Assembly: GCA_963727585.1 (NCBI GenBank)
Contig: CAVSHH010000003.1
Location: 738,493 to 802,492, forward strand
Reading direction: 5' to 3'
DNA length: 64,000 bases
From: an uncultured Chloroflexia bacterium
GTDB lineage: Bacteria; Chloroflexota; Limnocylindria; Limnocylindrales; CSP1-4
Positions 49,572 to 61,234 of this stretch are shown piece by piece. Each line of letters opens with the position of its first letter. The stretch's first letter is position 1. The notes beneath the pieces are model-generated. The model was not told the DNA's origin and ran no database searches. It saw only the letters and a list, made by a program, of their open reading frames with translations. The position numbers were made by a program, and so were the translations under genes.

Positions 49572-50800
49572 TGACCGCGACCACCGTTCCGGCCGGCAGC
49601 ACGCCGGCCGCACCCGCCGCCGTCCGGCTCGACCTCGGGCTGTATCCCGAGATCCAGCGGTACGGGGCCAGCGACATTTCCGCCTGCTTCTCGTGCGGGA
49701 CCTGCTCCGCGACCTGCCCCATGAGCCAGACCGACGGAACCTTCCCGCGGCGGATCATCCGCTACGCCCAGCTGGGCATGAAGGACGCGCTGCTGAGCTC
49801 CAAGGAGCTCTGGACCTGCTACCAGTGCGGCGAGTGCGCGGAGACCTGCCCCACCCAGGCCGACCCGTCCGAGTTCATGGCCGCGACCCGGCGCTACGCC
49901 ATCGCCGGCTATGACAGGACCCGCCTGGCCGCCACGATGTACACGCGCCCCGTCCTGGCAACCGTCGTCGCCGTCGCCCTGGCGCTGTTCTTCGCCGCGT
50001 TCATGCTCTCGGCGCGCGGGCCGATGGACTCGGCCACGCTCGCGATCTTCGAGTGGATCCCGTCCGAGCTGATCCACAACCTGGGCATCGTGCTCATGGT
50101 CCTGGTCGTGCTCGCCGGGGTCGTCGGAATCGCCTCCATGGCACGTGGCATCGCCCGGCGCGAGGGCGAGAGCCTACGCTCCGTGCTGGGCTCCCGGGCC
50201 GCGCTCGCGCGGACCGGCCGCGCGCTGGCGTACTCCGTGGGCCGCGAGTCCCTGGCCCAGGCCCGCTTCCGGGGGGAGTGCGAGGCCGACGACGTCGCCA
50301 TGGCGGTGCCCTGGTACCGCCGCCGGTGGCTGGTTCACGCGCTCGTCGTGTGGGGCTTCCTGGGGCTGCTCGCGGCCACCGGGCTGGACTACGGCCTGGC
50401 CCTCATGGGCATCAAGGAGACGGGGACGCCGGTGCCGATCTGGTATCCGGTCCGGCTCCTGGGCACGGTCGCCGGTGCGGCGCTGGTGTACGGATCCACG
50501 GTCCTGATCGTCGACCGCTACCGCGCGGCCAACCGGTCCGTGGTCAAGTCGACGACGGCCGACTGGCTGCTGCTGGCCCTGTTGTGGGTCACCGCGGTCA
50601 CCGGCTTCGCGATCGAGCTCGCGCTCTACCTGCCGGGCGCCCCGGTGTGGGGCTACTGGCTGTTCCTGGTCCACGTGGCGGTCGCGATGGAGCTCGTGCT
50701 CCTCGCCCCGTTCATGAAACTCGCCCACGCGGTGTACCGCCCCGTGGCCCTGTTCTTCGTGTCGCTGGCGCGAGAGCCCAAGGAAGGAGCCCAGGCATGA
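49571..50800 (+). CDS. HdrC-like 2x[4Fe-4S] domain fused to an HdrE/DsrM/NarI-like membrane domain (QmoC-like)
   Basis: CFSCGTCSATCP and CYQCGECAETCP, followed by 5-6 TM helices with conserved His. Confidence 0.75.
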   Translation: MTATTVPAGSTPAAPAAVRLDLGLYPEIQRYGASDISACFSCGTCSATCPMSQTDGTFPRRIIRYAQLGMKDALLSSKELWTCYQCGECAETCPTQADPSEFMAATRRYAIAGYDRTRLAATMYTRPVLATVVAVALALFFAAFMLSARGPMDSATLAIFEWIPSELIHNLGIVLMVLVVLAGVVGIASMARGIARREGESLRSVLGSRAALARTGRALAYSVGRESLAQARFRGECEADDVAMAVPWYRRRWLVHALVVWGFLGLLAATGLDYGLALMGIKETGTPVPIWYPVRLLGTVAGAALVYGSTVLIVDRYRAANRSVVKSTTADWLLLALLWVTAVTGFAIELALYLPGAPVWGYWLFLVHVAVAMELVLLAPFMKLAHAVYRPVALFFVSLAREPKEGAQA

Positions 50801-51288
50801 CCACGCAGTCGCTGCCGAAGGCGGCCCACGACCATCACGATCGACTCCTGGAGCAGGTGAACCGCATCCCCGATGCGGCCGACGCGCTCCTCGTCGACAA
50901 GCCGACCGAAGCGTGCGCCCGGATCGCGGACATCCGCCGGTTCCTCGAGGGGATGCTCCTGCCGCACATGGCCGCTGCCGAGCGGGCCCTGTATCCGGAG
51001 CTCGAGCGGATGTTCCAGAACCGGCACTCGATGGCGCCCATGCGCCGGGAGCACGACCGGATCCGCGAGCTGGCCGCGGAGTTCGGAGCCATGGTCGACA
51101 AGGACCGCGGCTCGGTGAGCCTGGGGCGCGTCCTGGCCATGCGCCGGGTGCTGTTCCAGCTGTACGCGTTGCTCAAGGTCCACATCGCCGAGGAGGAGGC
51201 CTACCTCCGGATCGTCGAGCACGGCGTGTCGGACGACGTGGCCGAGGCGGTGACCGCCGCGCTCGCGCATCCCGTGGCGGGCTCCTGA
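50797..51288 (+). CDS. Hemerythrin-like HHE cation-binding domain protein
   Basis: H...HxxxE...H...HxxxE spacing (HDHHDRLLE, HMAAAERALYPE, HDRIRE, HIAEEE). ATGA-coupled to the qmoC-like gene. Confidence 0.6.
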   Translation: MTTQSLPKAAHDHHDRLLEQVNRIPDAADALLVDKPTEACARIADIRRFLEGMLLPHMAAAERALYPELERMFQNRHSMAPMRREHDRIRELAAEFGAMVDKDRGSVSLGRVLAMRRVLFQLYALLKVHIAEEEAYLRIVEHGVSDDVAEAVTAALAHPVAGS

Positions 51289-51346
51289 GCCTGCTCCGGG
51301 TCAGGATCTCCGGGCCGGCTGGAGCGTGACGGACTAGGATGCGGGG

Positions 51347-51889
51347 GTGACCGACAACCCTCCTCCTGCCGACGCGGCCACGGCCGAGCTGGCAGCCGAC
51401 CCGGGGCTTGACTCGCTGCTCGCCACCAGCGAGGCATACCACGCGCTCCTGATGCCGCACGTTGACCGGCTCCTGACCCTCGCCGAGATGGTCGGGCGCG
51501 TGGATTGCTCGGCACTGCACGCGCTCTACAACGAGGAGTACCGGTTCATCTCCGGCCAGTACCTGCCGCACCAGGACGCCGTCGAGGCGAACCTGTACGA
51601 CCGGCTGGAGTCGATCATGGGACCGCGCCACACGATGGCTCCCATGCGCGAGGAGCACAAGATCGTCCGGGCCCTGATCGACGAGCTGGGCAGCTACCAG
51701 GTCCACGAGGACAACTGCAGCTGGGATGAGCTGCAGGGCCTCGCCGTCCGGCGTGTCCTGTACCGCCTGCACGCCCTGCTCAAGGTGCATCTCGCCGAGG
51801 AGGAGCAGTACCTCGCCGTCCTCGATCGGAGCCTCCCGGACATCGAGAAGGACGAGCTGGCGCGGCGCCTCGACCACGCCACGATCTAG
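51347..51889 (+). CDS. Hemerythrin-like domain protein (paralog of 50797-51288)
   Basis: Shares the TMAPMREEH...LHALLKVHLAEEE blocks with the upstream gene. Confidence 0.65.
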   Translation: MTDNPPPADAATAELAADPGLDSLLATSEAYHALLMPHVDRLLTLAEMVGRVDCSALHALYNEEYRFISGQYLPHQDAVEANLYDRLESIMGPRHTMAPMREEHKIVRALIDELGSYQVHEDNCSWDELQGLAVRRVLYRLHALLKVHLAEEEQYLAVLDRSLPDIEKDELARRLDHATI

Positions 51890-51910
51890 CCACCCCAGGA
51901 GCTGCTCACG

Positions 51911-52201
51911 ATGGCCCGCTACCGCGTTCTTGGCTGGCGCGACATCCCCACCCAGGTCCAGGTCGCCGACCCTGCGGGGACGACGGTCAACCGCCAGATG
52001 GCGCGCTGGTTCATGCACGAGATCAGCCGGGTGACGATGCGCGAGGGCCTTGCCGGAACCGACGATTACCTCGCGGAGTTCGCGTGGAGCGACTGGACCG
52101 AGCGCGACGGGGAGCCGGAGGCCGTGGCCGACGCCGTCGTCGAGGAGCTGGCGGCCCGCTTCGGACGACGCGCCGACGGCCACACCGTGCGCGACGTCTG
52201 A
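51911..52201 (+). CDS. Hypothetical protein
   Basis: 96-aa ORF with coding-like composition; no family recognised. Confidence 0.35.
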   Translation: MARYRVLGWRDIPTQVQVADPAGTTVNRQMARWFMHEISRVTMREGLAGTDDYLAEFAWSDWTERDGEPEAVADAVVEELAARFGRRADGHTVRDV

Positions 52202-52255
52202 TCCCGGTCGGTCCTGTCGGCCGGGGTCGAGCGCCCTGGAACGCGACCCGCCGGC

Positions 52256-53191
52256 TCAGGCGGCCGGCCGCCGCCCGTAGCCGCGTCCGGCCCGGAACAG
52301 GACCACGTGCAGGAACGCGATGTAGAGCAGGAGCAGCACGAGGGCGAGGGCGACCATCGTGATCGCGCTCGTGAGCGTCGATGCGAAGTCGGCGACGTTG
52401 GTGCGCAGCTGCTCGATCCGACCTGCGATGTCGTCGAACCCGCCGCTGACCGAGTCGAGCGAGGCTTCGATTGCGCGGGCGCGGTCCGCGATCCGCCCGG
52501 CGGCGCCGGTCACGGCTCCCAGGTCCTGCCCGGCCGAGATGAGCGCCATGACCTTGTCGTCGATGGCCTGCACCTGCTGGTCGATGGCCGCCAGCCGGTC
52601 CGTGGGACCCTGCGGCACGGCGATCCCCGGCGCAAACTGGGCGACCATCTGCAGTCGGTCGCCGACCGAGACCACTTTCTCGCGCAGGCCCGCATAGGCG
52701 TCGTGGAGGGCGAGGAAGCGCGAGGAGGCGGCGGTCAGCCGCTCGGCGATGGCCTGCAGCGCCGGCGGTGCCGCCTCGGGACTGGCGGCGACGGCATCGG
52801 CCGTGTCCGCGAGGTTCGCCATGCGCTCGGCGACCCCATCGATGGCGAACTTCGCGGCGCCCACGAAGGGCAGCGTGCGGGCGATGGTGGCATCGACCTC
52901 GCCCGCGGCGGCGTCGACCCGGTCGACCAGCCAGCCGCGTCCCAGGATCACGCCCGCCACCAGCACCAATGCGACCACGATCCCGATCATGCCGACCGCC
53001 TGGCCGGCCAGCCCTGCCGTCTGCCGGCGGCGGCTCCGGGCGGCGGGCGCAGCCGGCTCCGGTGAATCGACAGGGGCGGGTGAACCGGCGGGGGCGGGGG
53101 AACCGGCCGCGACGGGTGCGGGTTCGGGCACGGGTTCGGGCGCCGGCGTTGTGGGATCCGGTCCGGAGCCGACAGTGGGATCGTCGTGCAT
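52256..53191 (-). CDS. Hypothetical membrane protein with a Pro-rich N-terminus and two TM helices flanking a helical domain
   Basis: TM at about residues 65-90 and 275-300. Repeated PAPxxS units near the N-terminus. Confidence 0.45.
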   Translation of the reverse strand: MHDDPTVGSGPDPTTPAPEPVPEPAPVAAGSPAPAGSPAPVDSPEPAAPAARSRRRQTAGLAGQAVGMIGIVVALVLVAGVILGRGWLVDRVDAAAGEVDATIARTLPFVGAAKFAIDGVAERMANLADTADAVAASPEAAPPALQAIAERLTAASSRFLALHDAYAGLREKVVSVGDRLQMVAQFAPGIAVPQGPTDRLAAIDQQVQAIDDKVMALISAGQDLGAVTGAAGRIADRARAIEASLDSVSGGFDDIAGRIEQLRTNVADFASTLTSAITMVALALVLLLLYIAFLHVVLFRAGRGYGRRPAA

Positions 53192-53329
53192 GTTGGTGCT
53201 CCAGGTGCGTGCCCGCCGGCGGGTGACGGTGCCGTGGCGAGCCGTCGAAGCCTACCGCACGGTGGACCGCCTCATGGCGCCCGCCGGGGCGGCACCCCGT
53301 CTCATCCATCGATCGGGCACGATGTGCAC

Positions 53330-54604
53330 ATGCCGTCAGCCCGGGTCGCGCGCGCCGCCCTGGTCCGTGGAATCACGCGCAACGTCGTCGTCCTGGGCCT
53401 GGTCAGCCTGCTGACCGACGTCTCGAGCGAGCTGCTCGTGGTCGTGGTGCCGCTGTTCCTCGCCAACGTCCTCGCCGCCACGCCGGTGGTCATCGGCCTC
53501 ATCGAGGGGATCGCGGAGTCGATCGGCGCATTGCTCAGGCTCGTGTCCGGCGCGCTCTCGGACCGGTTCCGGCGCCGGACGATCCTGGTGGGTGCTGGCT
53601 ACACGACCTCGGTTGTCGCCAAGTCCCTCTACCTCGTGGCTGCGACCTGGCCCATCGTGCTGGCCGCCCGGGTGGGGGACCGGCTGGGCAAGGGGATCCG
53701 GACCGCGCCACGGGATGCCCTGATCGCCGACTCGACCCGGCCCGAGGCGCGCGGACGCGCCTTCGGGCTGCACCGGGCGATGGACACCGCGGGAGCGGTG
53801 ATCGGGGTGGCCCTGGCCGCGCTCGTGATCGACCGCGCGCAGGGTGGCGACCTGCTGCTGGAGGCGGAGACCTTTCACCAGCTTGCACTCGTCGCGCTCG
53901 TGCCGGGGGTGCTGGCGGTGGTGGTCATCGCGGTCGGGGTGCGTGACGTGCCGCGACGGAAGCCGGCCATCCCGGTGGAGCCTTCGGCGCAGGCGGAGAT
54001 CGTGCCCGGTCCGTCGGCCACCACCGGCCAGCGGGGTGTCCGCGACCTGCCGCGGGCATTCTGGCTGCTCACGCTGGCGATCGGGCTGTTCACCCTCGGC
54101 AACTCGTCGGATGCGTTCCTGAGCCTGCGATCCCAGGACCTGGGCGTGGGGGTCCGTGACCTGGTGCTGATCGTGGTCGCGTTCAACATCGTGGATGCCG
54201 TCATCGCGTGGCCGGTGGGAGCACTCTCGGACCGCGTCGGCCGGCGGCGGCTGATCGCCCTCGCCTGGGGCCTCTATGTCGTCGCCTACGCCGGGTTCGC
54301 GCTGGTCGCCGGACCCGGGGCGGTGCTGCCGTTGTGGCTCCTGTACGGCGTGTACTACGGGGTCAACGAGGGCGTGGGCCGGGCGCTGGTGGCCGACCTC
54401 GCGACGCCCGAGCGCCGGGCGACCGCGTACGGGATCGTGAACGCGGTCACCGGCCTCGCGATCCTGCCGGCCTCGGTGGTGGCCGGGCTGCTGTGGGACG
54501 GCATCGGTCCAGCGGCGCCGTTCTGGTTCGGGGCCCTGTGCGCGGCCGCGGGGATCGTCGTGCTCGCCTTCGTACGGCCCGCCCCCGCGCCGCACGACGG
54601 CTGA
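53330..54604 (+). CDS. MFS transporter
   Basis: 12 predicted TM helices; GDRLGKGIRTAPRDALIAD and SDRVGRRRLI MFS loop motifs. Confidence 0.8.
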   Translation: MPSARVARAALVRGITRNVVVLGLVSLLTDVSSELLVVVVPLFLANVLAATPVVIGLIEGIAESIGALLRLVSGALSDRFRRRTILVGAGYTTSVVAKSLYLVAATWPIVLAARVGDRLGKGIRTAPRDALIADSTRPEARGRAFGLHRAMDTAGAVIGVALAALVIDRAQGGDLLLEAETFHQLALVALVPGVLAVVVIAVGVRDVPRRKPAIPVEPSAQAEIVPGPSATTGQRGVRDLPRAFWLLTLAIGLFTLGNSSDAFLSLRSQDLGVGVRDLVLIVVAFNIVDAVIAWPVGALSDRVGRRRLIALAWGLYVVAYAGFALVAGPGAVLPLWLLYGVYYGVNEGVGRALVADLATPERRATAYGIVNAVTGLAILPASVVAGLLWDGIGPAAPFWFGALCAAAGIVVLAFVRPAPAPHDG

Positions 54605-54728
54605 GGAATCGCCCGCCGCGGCCGACGAATTCGCCCGCCGTGGATGATGCGCACGGACCCCCCGGGTACCGCAGAATGGTGACCTACATGAGGGGCTCCC
54701 GTTGCGGCCCACATAACGAGGTGAGGGA

Positions 54729-55094
54729 ATGTTCGGCGATCTATTCCAGTTCTTCTGGGGCCTGATGATCCTGTTCTTCTGGATCACGGCCTTCATGATC
54801 TGGTTCCAGTGCTTCTTCGACCTGTTCCGGCGCGACGACCTGAGCGGCGTCTGGAAGGGGATCTGGGTGGTGGTGCTCGTGATCCTGCCCTGGCTGGGGG
54901 CCCTGATCTACATCATCTCGCGGCCGAAGGTCACGGCGACCGACGTCCAGACCATGGTCCGCGCCGATGCAGCGTCCAAGGCGGCATCCGGCGTGTCCAC
55001 GGCGGACGAGCTGCAGAAGCTCGCCGCGCTCAAGGCAGCCGGCACCATCAACGACCAGCAGTACGAGGATCTCAAGGCCAAGCTGCTCGCCTGA
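54729..55094 (+). CDS. PLDc_N-domain + SHOCT-domain small membrane protein
   Basis: GLMILFFWITAFMIWFQCFFD...RPK (PLD-nuclease N-terminal TM domain), and a C-terminal SHOCT (ELQKLAALKAAGTINDQQYEDLKAKLL). Confidence 0.7.
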   Translation: MFGDLFQFFWGLMILFFWITAFMIWFQCFFDLFRRDDLSGVWKGIWVVVLVILPWLGALIYIISRPKVTATDVQTMVRADAASKAASGVSTADELQKLAALKAAGTINDQQYEDLKAKLLA

Positions 55095-55278
55095 CCTTCG
55101 AGCTCTGCGCGCCGGCCCGACCACCAGGAAGGGCCGGCGTCTTCATGTCCTGCCAGCGTCACCCTGGGAGGTGGCGACGGAGGTGGCGGTCCTGCCCGGC
55201 AGGCGTCCCTCGGCAGCCGCCACGCGGACGACAAGTCGGGAGCGGCCGTGCCTGCACCGTGCCCCGCAGCCGGATGTG

Positions 55279-55707
55279 TCAGGCGCCCAGCGCGGACCGC
55301 ACGGGGCCGAGGAGCACCCGGGTCGCCTCGGCTTTGGCGACGATCGCCACCACCGAGGGGATGGCCCGGGCCACGTCATCCAGGGCGGGGTCGGCGACCA
55401 GGACGATGACCCCCAGGCCGGACGCGTGGTCGGCGATCCGGCGGGCCAGCTCCAGGCCGTCGATGCCGCCCGGCATGTCGGTGTCGGTGATCACCAGCGC
55501 GAAGCCCGGTCCGTCGGCGGCCAGGAGGGCGAGCGCGTCGTCGGCGCCGCCGCAGGTCACCACCCCGTACCCGGCGTGCTCCAGCAGCCGGGCCACGGCA
55601 CCTCGCACCCGCTCCTCGTCGTCGACGACCAGGATCCGCCGGCCACGATCGGGCGAGCGGCGGCGGGCGCGGCGTGACGACCCCGGCAGTGCCATGGCGC
55701 GCAGCAT
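55279..55707 (-). CDS. Single-domain response-regulator receiver protein
   Basis: RILVVDDEERVR...LVITDTDMPGGIDGLEL...AKA. Confidence 0.65.
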   Translation of the reverse strand: MLRAMALPGSSRRARRRSPDRGRRILVVDDEERVRGAVARLLEHAGYGVVTCGGADDALALLAADGPGFALVITDTDMPGGIDGLELARRIADHASGLGVIVLVADPALDDVARAIPSVVAIVAKAEATRVLLGPVRSALGA

Positions 55708-55769
55708 GGCGGGTGGTGCGCGGACGCGCCACTCGGGCGATGTGCGTACCCGTGGTGGGGAGGCCGTCC

Positions 55770-56723
55770 CTATCGTTCCGGGAGGGGGCCCACCACCGTC
55801 ACCCACGGGTGCACGAGCTGCTCGAACAGCTCCTCCGGGATCGCCGACCGGTAGCGCATGGCGGCCCACGCGTTCCACAGCGCCACCAGGCCATGCTGGC
55901 CGGGCTCGCCGGCGCGGTCCATGACCGACGCGGCCTCGTTGGCGACCGGATCCGCGCGTGGCAGCAGCGACCCGAACAGGGAGCCCATCAGGCCCGGCGA
56001 CGATGCCTGGGGTTCGGCCCGCAGGTCGTGGCCGGCGAGCACTCCGCAGACCGTGACCTGGAGCTCCGTGAAGGCGTGGAACGTCGCCTCGAAGCCCGAT
56101 CCGGGCACGTGGACGCCGCCGGTCCAGGTGACCCCGAATCCGCGCGCGAGGTCCTTCGACCCGCCACGGGCGATCATGTCGCCGACGACGCGGCCGATGG
56201 TCAGGATCTCGTCCCGCGTCAACCGGCCTGCCCAGCCGAACATCGCGTCCGGGTCCAGCGTGATGTCGCCGGCAGCCACCATGGCCGCCGAGCGCGCCAG
56301 GAGCATCGAGCGGACGGGAACGGCGTCGCCGGCGGCCCCGTCCCCCACGGGCTCGCCGGCGGTCTTGTCCCCCGCGGGCGGGACAGGGGAGCGGGCGGCG
56401 TCGATCGTGGCCGTTTCGGTTTCCCCCGCCGGCTCAGGGTTGTCGAGAGCCTCGAGCAGCCGCCGGGCCCGGTCCGGGTGCTCGAGGCCCAGCCGCAGGC
56501 CGACCGCCAGCGTGGCCCGGTCGACGGTGGCCCGCTCGATCGCCCCCGGGTCGATCCCGGCCACGGCCAGCGCGGCGGACAGCGCCTCGTCGTCGTGCAG
56601 CCCGGCCTCGCCGCCCGGCCGATCGCCGGGGGCCGGCCCGTCCTGGTTCAACATGGCCTGACGATACTCCGCCGGCGAGCCGGGCGAACCTGCGCCCGGC
56701 CCCAGGCGGTCGTGCAACATCAC
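55770..56723 (-). CDS. Hypothetical protein
   Basis: 317-aa ORF with coding-like composition, divergent from dnaG. Confidence 0.4.
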   Translation of the reverse strand: MMLHDRLGPGAGSPGSPAEYRQAMLNQDGPAPGDRPGGEAGLHDDEALSAALAVAGIDPGAIERATVDRATLAVGLRLGLEHPDRARRLLEALDNPEPAGETETATIDAARSPVPPAGDKTAGEPVGDGAAGDAVPVRSMLLARSAAMVAAGDITLDPDAMFGWAGRLTRDEILTIGRVVGDMIARGGSKDLARGFGVTWTGGVHVPGSGFEATFHAFTELQVTVCGVLAGHDLRAEPQASSPGLMGSLFGSLLPRADPVANEAASVMDRAGEPGQHGLVALWNAWAAMRYRSAIPEELFEQLVHPWVTVVGPLPER

Positions 56724-56751
56724 GGGTCACGACGATTTGCGTGGTCGTCCA

Positions 56752-56832
56752 GGGGCTTGACACGGGCGTCTTGTCAAGCCCCCTGACCGGGGGTACCCTC
56801 GGCCGCGGCGAGGCCTGTCAAGACTTGACAGG
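56752..56832. promoter_or_regulatory. Two palindromes sharing a CTTGACA/TGTCAAG core in the divergent promoter region upstream of dnaG
   Basis: GGGGCTTGACA-n9-TGTCAAGCCCC (56752-56782) and CCTGTCAAG-ac-CTTGACAGG (56814-56832). Confidence 0.6.
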
Positions 56833-56884
56833 TCCGCAGTCATTTCCGCCGGAGCGCGTGTCCTGAACCGGGGAGGAGCTGCGG

Positions 56885-58807
56885 TTGGCCGTCGGCGTCG
56901 TCGCCGAGATCAAGGGCCGTCTGCCCGTCGCCGACGTGGTGGGCGAGGTGGTCCAGCTGAAGAAGGCGGGCACCACCCTCAAGGGGCTGTGCCCGTTCCA
57001 CGGCGAGAAGACCCCGTCGTTCGTGGTGACGCCGGCGCGCGACACCTGGCACTGCTTCGGCTGCGGCAAGCACGGCGACATCTTCACGTTCGTGATGGAG
57101 CGGGACTCGGTCGGCTTCCCCGAGGCGCTCAAGCAGCTGGCCGCACGGGCGGGCGTCGAGCTCGACGAGCGGACCAAGGCCGAGGACGCGCGCAACGCCC
57201 GACTGCGCACGGTGCTCGAGGCGGCGATCGCCTTCTACCACGCGGTGCTCACCAGGTCCAGGACGGGCGAGGCGGCGCTGGCGTATCTCCGCGACCGCGG
57301 GTTCACCGACGAGACCATCGAGAAGCACCAGCTGGGGTGGGCGCCTGGCGGCTGGGACACGCTGGTCCGCCAGCTGGCCACGAAGCGCCAGATCAACCCA
57401 CCCGAGCTGCTCGACGTCGGCCTGGCGAGCCCTCGCCAGCGCGGCGGTGGGGTCTACGACCGGTTCCGGGAGCGGGTGATCTTCCCGATCCGCGACGCCA
57501 ACGGGCACCCGGTCGGCCTGGGCGGGCGGATCCTGGGCAAGGAGGGCTCGGCGCCGGACGGGAGCGACCGCGGGCCGAAGTACCTCAATTCGCCGGCGAC
57601 CCCGCTGTTCGACAAGAGCCGCACGCTGTACCTCATCGATCGCGCCAAGACCTCGATCCGCAAGACCGGGCAGGCGGTGATCGTCGAGGGGTACACGGAC
57701 GCCCTGATGGCGCACCAGGCGGGCTTCGAGAACGTGATCGCGAGCCTGGGCACGGCGCTGACCCCCGGACAGGTGGCGCTCATCACCCGCTACGGCAAGC
57801 GGATCGCGCTCGCCTACGACGTCGACGCGGCCGGCGAGAAGGCAGGCACCTTCGGGGCCACCGCGCTCGAGGAGCTCATCCGGCAGCTGGCCGCCGACTC
57901 CTCGGGCGTCGAGCTCGACGACGTGCGGGTCGTCCGCCTGCCCGAGGGCAGGGACCCCGACGAGGTCCTCCGCGACGACCCCGACCGGTGGCGCGAGGAG
58001 GTCCGGACGGCACGACCTATCGTCGACCACCTGGTCGATGTCCACGCCCGGGCGAACGACCTCAAGGCGGCCGGCGGCAAGGCCCGCTTCGCGGAAGCGG
58101 CCCTGGACGTGGTCCGCAGTCTGCCGCCGCTGATGCGCGACCCGTATCTCCAGCAGATCGCCCAGCTCTCGGGCATCGGGCCGGGCGCGCTGATGGTGGC
58201 CCTCCGGGAGGGGAGTGGCAAGCGCTCGGACACCCGGTTCACCGCGAGCGCCGTGGTGGCCGCGGCGGACGCGCTCCCGGTCAACGACATCCTGCGCGGC
58301 GTCTCCCGCACGGAGCAGGAGCTGCTGCGCCTGGTCCTGCTCGTGCCCGAGGCGCACGACGAGCTGCTCGACGGCGTGGGGCCGGACCGGATGGCCAGCC
58401 AGGTCGCGCGCGAGCTGTTCCGGGCGGTGGCCGTGGCCCGCGCCCGCGACGACCACGGGGTCCGCCCGCCGTTCGCCCTGGCCGCAATCCTCGAGGGCCT
58501 CGACGAGGAGAGCCGGGCGCTGGGACAGGCGCTGGTGTCCCGGCCAGGACCCGATTCCCGCGGCCACTCCGACCGGTCGCTGGCCTACGAGATCCAGCGC
58601 CTCGTGCTCGAGCTCGACGACGCGGACTGGGACGAGAAGAGCGGCTACAACCGGGACGCCCTCGGCGAGGCCGAGCGCGACGGTGACGCGCCCGCCGTCG
58701 AGCGACTGATGCTCGAGCGTCGGCTGCTCAACGAGCAGCGCCGGTCCCTCGACCGCCGCCGTGACCAGACCCGCCTCCTCAACCGCACCGCCGCCGCAGC
58801 GAGGTGA
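56885..58807 (+). CDS. dnaG: DNA primase
   Basis: Zn-ribbon [11 protein letters not shown]...CFGCG, TOPRIM ([10 protein letters not shown]), DnaB-binding C-terminal domain. Non-ATG (TTG) start. Confidence 0.9.
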   Translation: MAVGVVAEIKGRLPVADVVGEVVQLKKAGTTLKGLCPFHGEKTPSFVVTPARDTWHCFGCGKHGDIFTFVMERDSVGFPEALKQLAARAGVELDERTKAEDARNARLRTVLEAAIAFYHAVLTRSRTGEAALAYLRDRGFTDETIEKHQLGWAPGGWDTLVRQLATKRQINPPELLDVGLASPRQRGGGVYDRFRERVIFPIRDANGHPVGLGGRILGKEGSAPDGSDRGPKYLNSPATPLFDKSRTLYLIDRAKTSIRKTGQAVIVEGYTDALMAHQAGFENVIASLGTALTPGQVALITRYGKRIALAYDVDAAGEKAGTFGATALEELIRQLAADSSGVELDDVRVVRLPEGRDPDEVLRDDPDRWREEVRTARPIVDHLVDVHARANDLKAAGGKARFAEAALDVVRSLPPLMRDPYLQQIAQLSGIGPGALMVALREGSGKRSDTRFTASAVVAAADALPVNDILRGVSRTEQELLRLVLLVPEAHDELLDGVGPDRMASQVARELFRAVAVARARDDHGVRPPFALAAILEGLDEESRALGQALVSRPGPDSRGHSDRSLAYEIQRLVLELDDADWDEKSGYNRDALGEAERDGDAPAVERLMLERRLLNEQRRSLDRRRDQTRLLNRTAAAAR

Positions 58808-58874
58808 ACCCGATGCCCCAGTCCATTCCCCGCGTCCCCCCGCACGGCGAACCCGATCTCCGGAGGTCCCGCTG

Positions 58875-60635
<1,761 letters not shown>

Positions 60636-60648
60636 GAGGAGACAGTTC

Positions 60649-61029
60649 ATGAAGTTCGTCGTCGGGTTCCTGGGGGGCATGATCGTGGGTGCCGTGGGTG
60701 CCGTCGCATACTCGGTCCAGACTGGGCGCGACCTGCGCGAGGAGTTCGAGGGAGTCCGCTCGGATCTGGCCCGGCGCGACCTTGATGCGCTGGGCTCACG
60801 CCTCGAGTCGCGCGTCACGGAGATGCAGGCGCAGTTCGAGACCCGCATGAACCAGGTCCGTGAGCGGGCCGGCGCAGCGGTCGATGAGGCACGGTCGGGC
60901 GGGACCGATGAGGCCGGGGTCGCCGAGGCCGCGGAAGGGGCGGTGACCGCCGCCGCCGATGCCGCCGAGGCGGCCAGCGAGGCCGTCGCCGAACAGGCCG
61001 AGGCGGCGAAGGAGCAGGCGGAGGGCTAG
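60649..61029 (+). CDS. YtxH-like membrane-anchored coiled-coil protein
   Basis: MKFVVGFLGGMIVGAVGAVAYSVQTGRDLREEF, then a Glu/Ala-rich helix. Confidence 0.5.
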   Translation: MKFVVGFLGGMIVGAVGAVAYSVQTGRDLREEFEGVRSDLARRDLDALGSRLESRVTEMQAQFETRMNQVRERAGAAVDEARSGGTDEAGVAEAAEGAVTAAADAAEAASEAVAEQAEAAKEQAEG

Positions 61030-61234
61030 ACCCCGCACTCGGAGTATCCCGCCACGCCGCCGGCTCGCTCGAGCCGGCGGCGTTGTCATGTCCGCGGAGG
61101 GATGGCCTCGACGGGTGGCGACACTGGTCGCCCCGGCGTGTGGTGCGGCTTCCTTCCAACCAAGCGGAACCACGAGCGCGAACCATCCCGGCCAGGCCGG
61201 TGATCCGGCGGTGCCACGGTGGCAGGCACGGGTG

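Noticed and set aside
52023-53309. 428-aa minus-strand ORF
   Set aside because: Extreme Arg/Gly/Pro composition. The alternative frame (52256-53191) gives a plausible two-TM membrane protein.
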